DNA of 64,000 nucleotides from Eledone cirrhosa (Eukaryota), in the NCBI GenBank assembly GCA_964016885.1, contig CAXHJY010000928.1, positions 682,001 through 746,000 of the forward strand, in the 5' to 3' direction. Each line of letters begins with the position of its first letter. The first letter of the stretch is position 1. Of the stretch, positions 30,001 through 44,133 are shown in pieces. Under the pieces are notes generated by a model. It made no database searches. It had not been told where the DNA came from and saw nothing but the letters and a program-made list of their open reading frames with translations. Both the position numbers and the translations under genes were made by a program.

Positions 30001-33000
30001 TAACACTTACTACACTGTCATCATTGCGTTAGTGATGTTATGAGAGAGACATGAGACAACACTTACTACACTGTTATCATTGTGTTAGTGATATTATTAG
30101 AGAGACATGAGACAACACTTACTACACTGTCATCATTGTGTTAGTGATGTTATGAGAGAGACAAGAGACAACACTTACTACACTGTCATCATTGTTAGTG
30201 ATGTTATGAGAGAGACATGAGACTACACTTACTACACTGTCATCATTGTGTTAGTGATGTTATGAGAGAGACATGAGACAACACTTACTACACTGTCATC
30301 ATTGTGTTAGTGATGTTATGAGAGAGACATGAGACAACACTTACTACACTGTCATCATTGTATTAGTGATGTTATGAGAGAGACAAGAGACACCACTTAC
30401 TACACTGTCATCATTGTTAGTGATGTTATGAGAGACACAAGAGACAACACTTACTACACTGTCATCATTGTGTTAGTGATGTTATGAGAGAGACATGAGA
30501 CAACACTTACTACACTGTCATCATTGTGTTAGTGATGTCATGAGAGAGACATGAGACAGCACTTACTACACTGTCATCATTGTATTAGTGGTGTTTATGA
30601 GAGAGACATGAGACAACACTTACTATACTGTCATCATTGTGTTAGTGATGTTATGAGAGACACAAGAGACAACACTTACTACGCTGTCATCATTGTGTTA
30701 GTGATGTTATGAGAGAGACATGAGACTACACTTACTACACTGTCATCATTGTGTTAGTGATGTTATGAGAGACACAAGAGACAACACTTACTACGCTGTC
30801 ATCATTGTGTTAGTGATGTTATGAGAGAGACATGAGACTACACTTACTACTCTGTCATCATTGTGTTAGTGATGTTATGTGAGACACAAGAGACTACACT
30901 TACTACACTGTCATCATTGTGTTAGTGATGTTATGAGAGAGACATGAGACTACACTTACTACACTGTCATCATTGTGTTAGTGATGTTATGAGAGAGACA
31001 TGAGACTACACTTACTACACTGTCATCATTGTTAGTGATGTTATGAGAGAGACATGAGACAACACTTACTACACTGTCATCATTGTGTTAGTGATGTTAT
31101 GAGAGAGACAAGAGACTACACTTACTACACTGTCATCATTGTGTTAGTGGTGTTATGAGAGAGACATGAGACAACACTTACTACACTGTCATCATTGTGT
31201 TAGTGATGTTATGAGAGACACAAGAGACAACACTTACTACACTGTCATCATTGTGTTAGTGGTGTTATGAGAGAGACATGAGACAACACTTACTACACTG
31301 TCATCTTTGTGTTAGTGATGTTATGAGAGAGACATGAGACTACACTTACTACACTGTCATCATTGTTAGTGATGTTATGAGAGAGACATGAGACTACACT
31401 TACTACACTGTCATCATTGTTAGTGATGTTATGAGAGAGACATGAGACAACACTTACTACACTGTCATCATTGTATTTGTCATGTTAGAGAGATATGAAA
31501 CAACACTTACTACACTGTCATTGTGTTAGTGATTTTATGAGAGAGACATGAGACAACACTTACTACACTGTCATCATTGTGTTAGTGATGTTATGAGAGA
31601 GACAAGAGACAACACTTACTACACTGTCATCATTGTTAGTGATGTTATGAGAGAGACATGAGACTACACTTACTACACTGTCATCATTGTGTTAGTGATG
31701 TTATGAGAGAGACATGAGACAACACTTACTACACTGTCATCATTGTGTTAGTGATGTTATGAGAGAGACATGAGACAACACTTACTACACTGTCATCATT
31801 GTATTAGTGATGTTATGAGAGAGACAAGAGACACCACTTACTACACTGTCATCATTGTTAGTGATGTTATGAGAGACACAAGAGACAACACTTACTACAC
31901 TGTCATCATTGTGTTAGTGATGTTATGAGAGAGACATGAGACAACACTTACTACACTGTCATCATTATGTTAGTGATGTCATGAGAGAGACATGAGACAA
32001 CACTTACTACACTGTCATCATTGTATTAGTGATGTTATGAGAGAGACAAGAGACACCACTTACTACACTGTCATCATTGTTAGTGATGTTATGAGAGACA
32101 CAAGAGACAACACTTACTACACTGTCATCATTGTGTTAGTGATGTTATGAGAGAGACATGAGACAACACTTACTACACTGTCATCATTATGTTAGTGATG
32201 TCATGAGAGAGACATGAGACAACACTTACTACACTGTCATCATTGTATTAGTGGTGTTATGAGAGTGACATGAGACAACACTTACTACACTGTCATCATT
32301 GTATTAGTGGTGTTTATGAGAGAGACATGAGACAACACTTACTATACTGTCATCATTGTGTTAGTGATGTTATGAGAGACACAAGAGACAACACTTACTA
32401 CGCTGTCATCATTGTGTTAGTGATGTTATGAGAGAGACATGAGACTACACTTACTACACTGTCATCATTGTGTTAGTGATGTTATGAGAGACACAAGAGA
32501 CAACACTTACTACGCTGTCATCATTGTGTTAGTGATGTTATGAGAGAGACATGAGACTACACTTACTACTCTGTCATCATTGTGTTAGTGATGTTATGTG
32601 AGACACAAGAGACTACACTTACTACACTGTCATCATTGTATTAGTGATGTTATGAGAGACACAAGAGACAACACTTACTACACTGTCATCATTATGTTAG
32701 TGATGTTATGTGAGAGACATGAGACAACACTTACTACATTGTCATCATTGTGTTAGTGATGTTATGAGAGACACAAGAGACAACACTTACTACGCTGTCA
32801 TCATTGTGTTAGTGATGTTATGAGAGAGACATGAGACTACACTTACTACACTGTCATCATTTTGTTAGTGATGTTATGAGAGAGACATGAGACAACACTT
32901 ACTACACTGTCATCATTGTGTTAGTGATGTTATGAGAGAGACATGAGACAACACTTACTACACTGTCATCATTGTGTTAGTGATGTTATGAGAGACACAA

Positions 33001-36000
33001 GAGACAACACTTACTACACTGTCATCATTGTGTTAGTGATGTTATGAGAGAGACATGAGACAACACTTACTACACTGTCATCATTGTGTTAGTGATGTTA
33101 TGAGAGACACAAGAGACAACACTTACTACACTGTCATCATTGTGTTAGTGATGTTATGAGAGGGACATGAGACAACACTTACTACACTGTCTTCATTGTG
33201 TTAGTGATGTTATGAGAGACACAAGAGACAACACTTACTACGCTGTCATCATTGTGTTAGTGATGTTATGAGAGAGACATGAGACTACACTTACTACACT
33301 GTCATCATTGTGTTAGTGATGTTATGAGAGAGACATGAGACTACACTTACTACACTGTCATCATTGTTAGTGATGTTATGAGAGAGACATGAGACAACAC
33401 TTACTACACTGTCATCATTGTGTTAGTGATGTTATGAGAGAGACAAGAGACTACACTTACTACACTGTCATCATTGTGTTAGTGGTGTTATGAGAGAGAC
33501 ATGAGACAACACTTACTACACTGTCATCATTGTGTTAGTGATGTTATGAGAGACACAAGAGACAACACTTACTACACTGTCATCATTGTGTTAGTGGTGT
33601 TATGAGAGAGACATGAGACAACACTTACTACACTGTCATCTTTGTGTTAGTGATGTTATGAGAGAGACATGAGACTACACTTACTACACTGTCATCATTG
33701 TTAGTGATGTTATGAGAGAGACATGAGACTACACTTACTACACTGTCATCATTGTTAGTGATGTTATGAGAGAGACATGAGACAACACTTACTACACTGT
33801 CATCATTGTATTTGTCATGTTAGAGAGATATGAAACAACACTTACTACACTGTCATTGTGTTAGTGATTTTATGAGAGAGACATGAGACAACACTTACTA
33901 CACTGTCATCATTGCGTTAGTGATGTTATGAGAGAGACATGAGACAACACTTACTACACTGTTATCATTGTGTTAGTGATATTATTAGAGAGACATGAGA
34001 CAACACTTACTACACTGTCATCATTGTGTTAGTGATGTTATGAGAGAGACAAGAGACAACACTTACTACACTGTCATCATTGTTAGTGATGTTATGAGAG
34101 AGACATGAGACTACACTTACTACACTGTCATCATTGTGTTAGTGATGTTATGAGAGAGACATGAGACAACACTTACTACACTGTCATCATTGTGTTAGTG
34201 ATGTTATGAGAGAGACATGAGACAACACTTACTACACTGTCATCATTGTATTAGTGATGTTATGAGAGAGACAAGAGACACCACTTACTACACTGTCATC
34301 ATTGTTAGTGATGTTATGAGAGACACAAGAGACAACACTTACTACACTGTCATCATTGTGTTAGTGATGTTATGAGAGAGACATGAGACAACACTTACTA
34401 CACTGTCATCATTATGTTAGTGATGTCATGAGAGAGACATGAGACAACACTTACTACACTGTCATCATTGTATTAGTGATGTTATGAGAGAGACAAGAGA
34501 CACCACTTACTACACTGTCATCATTGTTAGTGATGTTATGAGAGACACAAGAGACAACACTTACTACACTGTCATCATTGTGTTAGTGATGTTATGAGAG
34601 AGACATGAGACAACACTTACTACACTGTCATCATTATGTTAGTGATGTCATGAGAGAGACATGAGACAACACTTACTACACTGTCATCATTGTATTAGTG
34701 GTGTTATGAGAGTGACATGAGACAACACTTACTACACTGTCATCATTGTATTAGTGATGTTATGAGAGAGACATGAGACAGCACTTACTACACTGTCATC
34801 ATTGTATTAGTGGAGTTTATGAGAGAGACATGAGACAACACTTACTATACTGTCATCATTGTGTTAGTGATGTTATGAGAGACACAAGAGACAACACTTA
34901 CTACGCTGTCATCATTGTGTTAGTGATGTTATGACAGAGACATGAGACTACACTTACTACACTGTCATCATTGTGTTAGTGATGTTATGAGAGACACAAG
35001 AGACAACACTTACTACGCTGTCATCATTGTGTTAGTGATGTCATGAGAGAGACATGAGACAACACTTACTACACTGTCATAATTGTATTAGTGATGTTAT
35101 GAGAGAGACAAGAGACACCACTTACTACACTGTCATCATTGTTAGTGATGTTATGAGAGACACAAGAGACAACACTTACTACACTGTCATCATTGTGTTA
35201 GTGATGTTATGAGAGAGACATGAGACAACACTTACTACACTGTCATCATTGTGTTAGTGATGTCATGAGAGAGACATGAGACAGCACTTACTACACTGTC
35301 ATCATTGTATTAGTGGTGTTTATGAGAGAGACATGAGACAACACTTACTATACTCTCATCATTGTGTTAGTGATGTTATGAGAGACACAAGAGACAACAC
35401 TTACTACGCTGTCATCATTGTGTTAGTGATCTTATGAGAGAGACATGAGACTACACTTATTACACTGTCATCATTGTGTTAGTGATGTTATGAGAGACAC
35501 AAGAGACAACACTTACTACGCTGTCATCATTGTGTTAGTGATGTTATGAGAGAGACATGAGACTACACTTACTACTCTGTCATCATTGTGTTAGTGATGT
35601 TATGTGAGACACAAGAGACTACACTTACTACACTGTCATCATTGTGTTAGTGATGTTATGAGAGAGACATGAGACTACACTTACTACACTGTCATCATTG
35701 TGTTAGTGATGTTATGAGAGAGACATGAGACTACACTTACTACACTGTCATCATTGTTAGTGATGTTATGAGAGAGACATGAGACAACACTTACTACACT
35801 GTCATCATTGTGTTAGTGATGTTATGAGAGAGACAAGAGACTACACTTACTACACTGTCATCATTGTGTTAGTGGTGTTATGAGAGAGACATGAGACAAC
35901 ACTTACTACACTGTCATCATTGTGTTAGTGATGTTATGAGAGACACAAGAGACAACACTTACTACACTGTCATCATTGTGTTAGTGGTGTTATGAGAGAG

Positions 36001-39000
36001 ACATGAGACAACACTTACTACACTGTCATCTTTGTGTTAGTGATGTTATGAGAGAGACATGAGACTACACTTACTACACTGTCATCATTGTTAGTGATGT
36101 TATGAGAGAGACATGAGACTACACTTACTACACTGTCATCATTGTTAGTGATGTTATGAGAGAGACATGAGACAACACTTACTACACTGTCATCATTGTA
36201 TTTGTCATGTTAGAGAGATATGAAACAACACTTACTACACTGTCATTGTGTTAGTGATTTTATGAGAGAGACATGAGACAACACTTACTACACTGTCATC
36301 ATTGTGTTAGTGATGTTATTAGAGAGACATGAGACAACACTTACTACACTGTCATCATTGTGTTAGTGATGTTATGAGAGAGACAAGAGACAACACTTAC
36401 TACACTGTCATCATTGTTAGTGATGTTATGAGAGAGACATGAGACAACACTTACTACACTGTCATCATTATGTTAGTGATGTCATGAGAGAGACATGAGA
36501 CAACACTTACTACACTGTCATCATTGTATTAGTGGTGTTATGAGAGTGACATGAGACAACACTTACTACACTGTCATCATTGTATTAGTGATGTTATGAG
36601 AGAGACATGAGACAGCACTTACTACACTGTCATCATTGTATTAGTGGTGTTTATGAGAGAGACATGAGACAACACTTACTATACTGTCATCATTGTGTTA
36701 GTGATGTTATGAGAGACACAAGAGACAACACTTACTACGCTGTCATCATTGTGTTAGTGATGTTATGAGAGAGACATGAGACTACACTTACTACACTGTC
36801 ATCATTGTGTTAGTGATGTTATGAGAGACACAAGAGACAACACTTACTACGCTGTCATCATTGTGTTAGTGATGTCATGAGAGAGACATGAGACAGCACT
36901 TACTACACTGTCATCATTGTATTAGTGGTGTTTATGAGAGAGACATGAGACAGCACTTACTATACTGTCATCATTGTGTTAGTGATGTTATGAGAGACAC
37001 AAGAGACAACACTTACTACGCTGTCATCATTGTGTTAGTGATGTTATGAGAGAGACATGAGACTACACTTACTACACTGTTATCATTGTGTTAGTGATGT
37101 TATGAGAGACACAAGAGACAACACTTACTACGCTGTCATCATTGTGTTAGTGATGTTATGAGAGAGACATGAGACTACACTTACTACTCTGTCATCATTG
37201 TGTTAGTGATGTTATGTGAGACACAAGAGACTACACTTACTACACTGTCATCATTGTATTAGTGATGTTATGAGAGACACAAGAGACAACACTTACTACA
37301 CTGTCATCATTATGTTAGTGATGTTATGAGAGACACAAGAGACAACACTTACTACGCTGTCATCATTGTGTTAGTGATGTTATGAGAGAGACATGAGACT
37401 ACACTTACTACGCTGTCATCATTGTGTTAGTGATGTTATGAGAGAGACATGAGACTACACTTACTACACTGTCATCATTTTGTTAGTGATGTTATGAGAG
37501 AGACATGAGACAACACTTACTACACTGTCATCATTGTGTTAGTGATGTTATGAGAGAGACATGAGACAACACTGACTACACTGTCATCATTGTGTTAGTG
37601 ATGTTATGAGAGACACAAGAGACAACACTTACTACACTGTCATCATTGTGTTAGTGATGTTATGAGAGAGACATGAGACAACACTTACTACACTGTCATC
37701 ATTGTGTTAGTGATGTTATGAGAGAGACATCAGACTACACTTACTACACTGTCATCATTGTGTTAGTGATGTTATGAGAGAGACATGAGACAACACTTAC
37801 TATACTGTCATCATTGTGTTAGTGATGTTATGAGAGACACAAGAGACAACACTTACTACGCTGTCATCATTGTGTTAGTGATGTTATGAGAGAGACAAGA
37901 GACACCACTTACTACACTGTCATCATTGTTAGTGATGTTATGAGAGACACAAGAGACAACACTTACTACACTGTCATCATTGTGTTAGTGATGTTATGAG
38001 AGAGACATGAGAAAACACTTACTACACTGTCATCATTGTGTTAGTGATGTCATGAGAGAGACATGAGACAACACTTACTACACTGTCATCATTGTATTAG
38101 TGATGTTATGAGAGAGACAAGAGACAACACTTACTACACTGTCATCATTGTATTAGTGGTGTTATGAGAGAGAGACAAGAGACAACACTTACTACACTGT
38201 CATCATTGTATTAGTGGTGTTATTAGAGAGACATGAGACAACACTTACTACACTGTCATCATTGTGTTAGTGATGTTATGAGAGAGACATGAGACAACAC
38301 TTACTACACTGTCATCATTGTGTTAGTGATGTTATGAGAGACACAAGAGACAACACTTACTACGCTGTCATCATTGTGTTAGTGATGTTATGAGAGAGAC
38401 ATGAGACTACACTTACTACACTGTCATCATTGTGTTAGTGATGTTATGAGAGAGACATGAGACAACACTTACTATACTGTCATCATTGTGTTAGTGATGT
38501 TATGAGAGACACAAGAGACAACACTTACTACGCTGTCATCATTGTGTTAGTGATGTTATGAGAGAGACATGAGACTACACTTACTACACTGTCATCATTG
38601 TGTTAGTGATGTTATGAGAGACACAAGAGACAACACTTACTACGCTGTAATCATTGTGTTAGTGATGTTATGAGAGAGACATGAGACTACACTTACTACA
38701 CTGTCATCATTGTGTTAGTGATGTCATGAGAGACACAAGAGACTACACTGTCATCATTGTGTTAGTGATGTTTTGAGAGACACAAGAGACAACACTTACT
38801 ACGCTGTCATCATTGTATTAGTGGTGTTATGAGAAAGACATGAGACAACACTTACTACATTGTCATCATTGTGTTCGTGATGTTATGAGAGAGACTTGAG
38901 ACAACACTTACTACACTGTCATCATTGTGTTAGTGATGTTATGAGAGACACAAGAGACTACACTTACTACACTGTCATCATTGTATTAGTGATGTTATGA

Positions 39001-41226
39001 GAGACACAAGAGACAACACTTACTACACTGTCATCATTGTGTTAGTGATGTTATGAGAGAGACATGAGACAACACTTACTACATTGTCATCATTGTGTTA
39101 GTGATGTTATGAGAGACACAAGAGACAACACTTACTACGCTGTCATCATTGTGTTAGTGATGTTATGAGAGAGACATGAGACAACACTTATTACACTGTC
39201 ATCATTGTGTTAGTGATGTTATGAGAGAGACATGAGACAACACTTACTACACTGTCATCATTGTGTTAGTGATGTTATGAGAGACACAAGAGACAACACT
39301 TACTACACTGTCATCATTGTGTTAGTGATGTTATGAGAGAGACATGAGACAACACTTACTACACTGTCATCATTGTGTTAGTGATGTTATGAGAGACACA
39401 AGAGACAACACTTACTACACTGTCATCATTGTGTTAGTGATGTTATGAGAGGGACATGAGACAACACTTACTACACTGTCATCATTGTGTTAGTGATGTT
39501 ATGAGAGACACAAGAGACAACACTTACTACGCTGTCATCATTGTGTTAGTGATGTTATGAGAGAGACATGAGACTACACTTACTACACTGTCATCATTGT
39601 GTTAGTGATGTTATGAGAGAGACATGAGACTACACTTACTACACTGTTATCATTGTTAGTGATGTTATGAGAGAGACATGAGACAACACTTACTACACTG
39701 TCATCATTGTGTTAGTGATGTTATGAGAGAGACAAGAGACTGCACTTACTACACTGTCATCATTGTGTTAGTGGTGTTATGAGAGAGACATGAGACAACA
39801 CTTACTACACTGTCATCATTGTGTTAGTGATGTTATGAGAGACACAAGAGACAACACTTACTACACTGTCATCATTGTGTTAGTGGTGTTATGAGAGAGA
39901 CATGAGACAACACTTACTACACTGTCATCATTGTGTTAGTGATGTTATGAGAGAGACATGAGACTACACTTACTACACTCTCATCATTGTTAGTGATGTT
40001 ATGAGAGAGACATGAGACAACACTTACTACACTGTCATCATTGTGTTAGTGATGTTATGAGACAGATATGAGACTACACTTACTACACTGTCATCATTGT
40101 TAGTGATGTTATGAGAGAGACATGAGACAACACTTACTACACTGTCATCATTGTATTTGTCATGTTAGAGATATGAAACAACACTTACTACACTGTCATT
40201 GTGTTAGTGATTTTATGAGAGAGACATGAGACAACACTTACTACACTGTCATCATTGTGTTAGTGATGTTATGAGAGAGACAAGAGACTGCACTTACTAC
40301 ACTGTCATCATTGTGTTAGTGGTGTTATGAGAGAGACATGAGACAACACTTACTACACTGTCATCATTGTGTTAGTGATGTTATGAGAGACACAAGAGAC
40401 AACACTTACTACACTGTCATCATTGTGTTAGTGGTGTTATGAGAGAGACATGAGACAACACTTACTACACTGTCATCATTGTGTTAGTGATGTTATGAGA
40501 GAGACATGAGACTACACTTACTACACTCTCATCATTGTTAGTGATGTTATGAGAGAGACATGAGACAACACTTACTACACTGTCATCATTGTGTTAGTGA
40601 TGTTATGAGACAGATATGAGACTACACTTACTACACTGTCATCATTGTTAGTGATGTTATGAGAGAGACATGAGACAACACTTACTACACTGTCATCATT
40701 GTATTTGTCATGTTAGAGATATGAAACAACACTTACTACACTGTCATTGTGTTAGTGATTTTATGAGAGAGACATGAGACAACACTTACTACACTGTCAT
40801 CATTGTGTTAATGATGTTATGAGAGAGACATGAGACAACACTTACTACACTGTCATCATTGTATTAGTGATGTTTTGAGAGAGACATGAGACAACACTTA
40901 CTACACTGTCATCATTGTGTTAGTGATGTTATGAGAGAGACATGAGACTACACTTACTACACTGTCATCATTGTATTAGTGGTGTTATGAGAGAGACATG
41001 AGACAACACTTACTACACTGTCATCATTGTATTAGTGGTGTAATGAGAGAGACATGAGACAACACTTACTACACAGTCATCATTGTGTTAGTGATGTTAT
41101 GAGAGAGACATGAGACAACACTTACTACACTGTCAACATTGTGTTAGTGATGTTATGAGAGAGACATGAGACAACACTTACTACACTGTCAACATTGTGT
41201 TAGTGGTGTTATGAGAGAGAGACACA
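1..41226 (+). repeat. 56-bp tandem satellite array (about 735 monomers in window, open at left edge), consensus GAGACAACACTTACTACACTGTCATCATTGTGTTAGTGATGTTATGAGAGAGACAT
   Basis: Equivalent positions recur at 91 and 147 (56 bp) and throughout. Units are head-to-tail with point variants and small deletions, with no unique spacers. Abrupt end near 41226. Confidence 0.99.
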
Positions 41227-41303
41227 CAATACTAACTAGTTATTATTCTCAAATTAAACCTAAACATCAGCTATACCTACAGTTTTCCTCCAGTATTCAT
41301 GGG

Positions 41304-41407
41304 GGTTAACTTTGGCCTTCATTCTTACAGGGTCGATAAAATAAAGTACCAGTAATACACTGGGGTAATTGCTGGCTTTGTGCCTAAAAGTAGAAACAGT
41401 TATTAAT
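41304..41407 (+). mobile_element. 5'-truncated SINE (central domain and tail), same family as 44312-44495
   Basis: GGTTAACTTTGGCCTTCATTCTTACAGGGTCGATAAAATAAAGTACCAGTAAT...GTAGAAACAGTTATTAAT aligns over about 100 nt with the reverse complement of 44312-44414. Confidence 0.85.
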
Positions 41408-41611
41408 AGTTTAGCGTTAAAAAGCATGAAAAATATATATTGCCACGAAAAAAGCCACAAAAAATCGTGGAAGATATTTACAATTCCACAAATATTCGGT
41501 GGTTTCCATGAACAATTATTAGTTTCTAAGGAATTAGCAAATGGGACTGAGAATGCTGGGGTTTCACTCTTTTATCTTATTCTGTCCTTTTCTTTTTCTT
41601 TTTGTCTCCAG

Positions 41612-41692
41612 CCTGATTCAGATATGAAACTTCTGAGAAAGCAAAGCCTTGATGAAATATCTCGTGGAAAGATAGAGGAAGAGTTAAGACAG
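41612..41692 (+). CDS. STIM: STIM internal exon A (end of CC1), PDSDMKLLRKQSLDEISRGKIEEELRQ
   Basis: Long polypyrimidine tract plus CAG acceptor (41609-41611) and CAG|GTACCT donor. 81 nt, phase 0/0. EEELRQ joins [14 protein letters not shown] of the next exon, matching human STIM1 [20 protein letters not shown]. Confidence 0.85.
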
Positions 41693-41726
41693 GTACCTAG
41701 AACTGCTCCTGTTGCAGCTGTTGCTG

Positions 41727-41871
41727 CTTCTTCTTCTTCTTCTTCTTCTTCTTCTTCTTCTTCTTCTTCTTCTTCTTCTTCTTCTTCTTCTTCTTCTTCT
41801 TCTTCTTCTTCTTCTTCTTCTTCTTCTTCTTCTTCTTCCTCTTCCTCTTCTTCTTCTTCTTCTTCTTCTTC
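41727..41871 (+). repeat. (CTT)n / (GAA)n microsatellite, about 48 units with two CCT interruptions
   Basis: Seen directly. Explains the poly-Ser and poly-Lys ORFs. Confidence 0.99.
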
Positions 41872-42000
41872 AATAGGAAGGGCATCTAACTAGAAACCAA
41901 GTCTAAGACATGGTCATCTGATCTGGCTTGTCTCACAACTAAACAACTTGTTTAACCCGTGCTAGTGTGGAAAAATGGATGTTAAATGGTGATGATGATG
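41872..42000 (+). mobile_element. RTE-type LINE/SINE 3' tail fragment ending in (GAT)n
   Basis: TAGGAAGGGCATC...CCCGTGCTAGTGTGGAAAAATGGATGTTAAATGGTGATGATGATG matches the tail at 53370-53520. Confidence 0.7.
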
Positions 42001-42225
42001 TTTAGAGAATAGAGTTAAATAGCTGAGCTGTGAGTTGATGTTCTGATGAAGTCAGCTGAATCCTGACATCATCTCAGAGTTAACTAAATAATGGAATGGC
42101 TGTAGATTGGTGGTATTTTATCAGAATCTCTACATTAATGATGTTTAGGGCTGAAGCTGGCAGGGAGTCAGCTTGAACCATTGTGCCTTATAAAGGGTTA
42201 AGTTGGTGTGTGGAACATAATTTAA

Positions 42226-43342
42226 CCCTTTAGTGTTCAAACCGCCCGAAATTATTTCCCCTTCATTTGTTCAAGCCGCCCGAAACCGGCCGATAACACC
42301 CACACAAAAAATCGTTCTAAAAATAAACAAACCATCATCAAAATCTTGTCAATTCGAGATTACTGCGAGATTAGGCCCTTACCGTGAAAATTAACACTTA
42401 ATATAGTGAAACAACTTAAAACAACAAGTGTTTTTTTAACTTTGAAAGTGCAACAAATTTTTTTTGTATCAAATATGGCTTATGAAAGTAGCGATACCGA
42501 CTTTGAAGGTTTTACACACGACAACATTCAGAATAAACAAGAAACAAACTATAATATTAGTGATTTATCTTCAGATGAATCTGATGTTTACATTTCTGAA
42601 ATTTCATCCGACGATGATTCTTTTGAAAGTGAAAATGAAGGAGACTCCAGGCCGCCATTGAAAATATTACAGCAACGTGGTTGAAAAATACTACACTAAT
42701 ATATGTTCCCGATTTTATTCAAACACACATTAGCTGTTCCACATTACTGGTCCACATTACTGGTCCACAACACACATTAGCTCCCGATGATAAAGCACTA
42801 GATTATTTCTTTTTGTTTTTACCACAAACTTCCTTCGAAGTTGTGGCAGAAAAGATTAATCGATATACTCAACAACAGATTTCAAATCGAGGAAAACCTG
42901 ATCTGTTTGACGACCGACAGATGCTGCGGAAGTGCAAGCATTTTTTACCGTAAATATTATATTCAGTATAAAACAATTTGCAAGACTGTGGAATTACTGG
43001 AGCACTGATATAAGGTTTAGTGATCCTAATATATCAAGTATTATGCCGAAAACAACATATTTAAAATTAAACCAGTATTTGCACCTGGTTGAAACTTCAA
43101 ATGCCCCTATTAATTAATTTCACCTGCCTATAAAAGTCAAATTTGACCAAAAGAATCAGGTAAAATTATATAATTGTAAATTATTGATATTTAAATATCT
43201 ACTGACAAAATTTCAAGCCTGCACATAGAAAATTAAGAAAATTACAAACAAATAAAATTGATAACCCTCTTGAGTATGATTAACTGAAAATAATGTGAAC
43301 AGATAAGCATGATGTTTAAAAATTAATGCGAATGCTAAAGGG
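42226..43342 (+). mobile_element. Internally deleted piggyBac transposon (1117 bp)
   Basis: TTAA on both sides (42222-42225, 43343-43346). TIRs CCCTTTAGTGTTC / GAATGCTAAAGGG match 11/13. Subterminal direct repeat CAA(A/G)CCGCCCGAAA occurs twice. Transposase remnant inside. Confidence 0.92.
42475..43117 (+). pseudogene. piggyBac (PGBD-like) transposase N-terminal remnant, frameshifted, DDD catalytic core deleted
   Basis: Acidic N-terminus MAYESSDTDFEGF..., then DYFFLFLPQTSFEVVAEKINRY and AFFTVNIIFSIKQFARLWNYWSTD...IMPKTTYLKLNQYLHL, spread over three ORF fragments. Confidence 0.85.
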
Positions 43343-43446
43343 TTAAAACAGATTCTTACTTAAAATGATGAAGGAAGAAGGCTTTTAGCAAAATCTAAAC
43401 ATTTTCAAACAGTTTGACATGTAAAGGGCTAAAGATGAAAGGCACT

Positions 43447-43735
43447 TTTGTTGGTTGCTATACCAGAATGCTGAAGATGGTATTAAATATATTATGGCAA
43501 GACAGGATGACAAATGGAAAGCTATATGGAGATCTACCAACTGTCATCAAAGGCAACAGCAGGACACTATGACAACCAAAGGAAGTGACATCAAAACTGG
43601 TTGTGTGAAAAGACCATAGGACAAGATTGGTTGTAGGGCAATAATATAATACCCTGCTGAAAGACACTGGCTTTGCTAATGTAGATGAAGTGAGAACTGC
43701 AGTGTGGATATGGAGGATTGGGATGATGAATTGAT
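43447..43735 (+). mobile_element. Degenerate 3' ORF fragment of a second, RTE-like LINE family
   Basis: Translates as GCYTRMLKMVLNILWQDRMTNGKLYGDLP...TLLKDTGFANVDEVRTA, resembling the post-RT C-terminus of RTE-like elements, with stops and frameshifts. Confidence 0.65.
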
Positions 43736-43779
43736 TTGATGGAAGCTTGGCTGAAGTGAAGCAGTAGCCAGACAGTTGA

Positions 43780-44119
43780 TTAAGCACCCAGTTAATACTG
43801 TAAGGTAGTCATGTTGCTGACACAAGAAAAAAAAGCACCCAGTTAACCCTATAAGTGTTGTCATGGTGAGAGGATGAAAAAGCATCCAGTCCACCCTGTT
43901 AAGTGGTCATTTTGGTGCCATGATAAAAAGCATCCAGTCCACACAGTAATATAGTTGGTGTTAGGAAAGGCATCCAGCTGTAGAAATAAAGCCAAAATAT
44001 GGATTCACATGAGTAAGATGTGATTGACTGACCTGTTTCATAATGTGACAACTGTCTAACCCATGCAAGCATAGCAAAACTGATATTATTTGATGATGAT
44101 GATGATGATGATGATAATG
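43780..44119 (+). mobile_element. RTE-associated 3' tail with 3-4 degenerate ~47-bp subrepeats and (GAT)n end
   Basis: AAAAGCATCCAGTCCAC repeats, GTTGGTGTTAGGAAAGGCATCCAGCTGTAGAAA, AACCCATGCAAGCAT and (GAT)n, homologous to 52681-53520. Confidence 0.8.
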
Positions 44120-44133
44120 AGTATGTTTTTCAG

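Noticed and set aside
1-41226. CRISPR array
   Set aside because: Units are contiguous near-identical monomers with no unique spacers, no cas genes, and a spliceosomal eukaryotic context.
41369-41893. 174-aa poly-Ser ORF and antisense poly-Lys ORF as genes
   Set aside because: Products of the (CTT)n tract; only 41612-41692 has splice signals and STIM similarity.
42044-42080. Hammerhead ribozyme at CTGATGAAGTCAG...CTGAC
   Set aside because: No GAAA after the putative stem II and no cleavage triplet or stem I partner.
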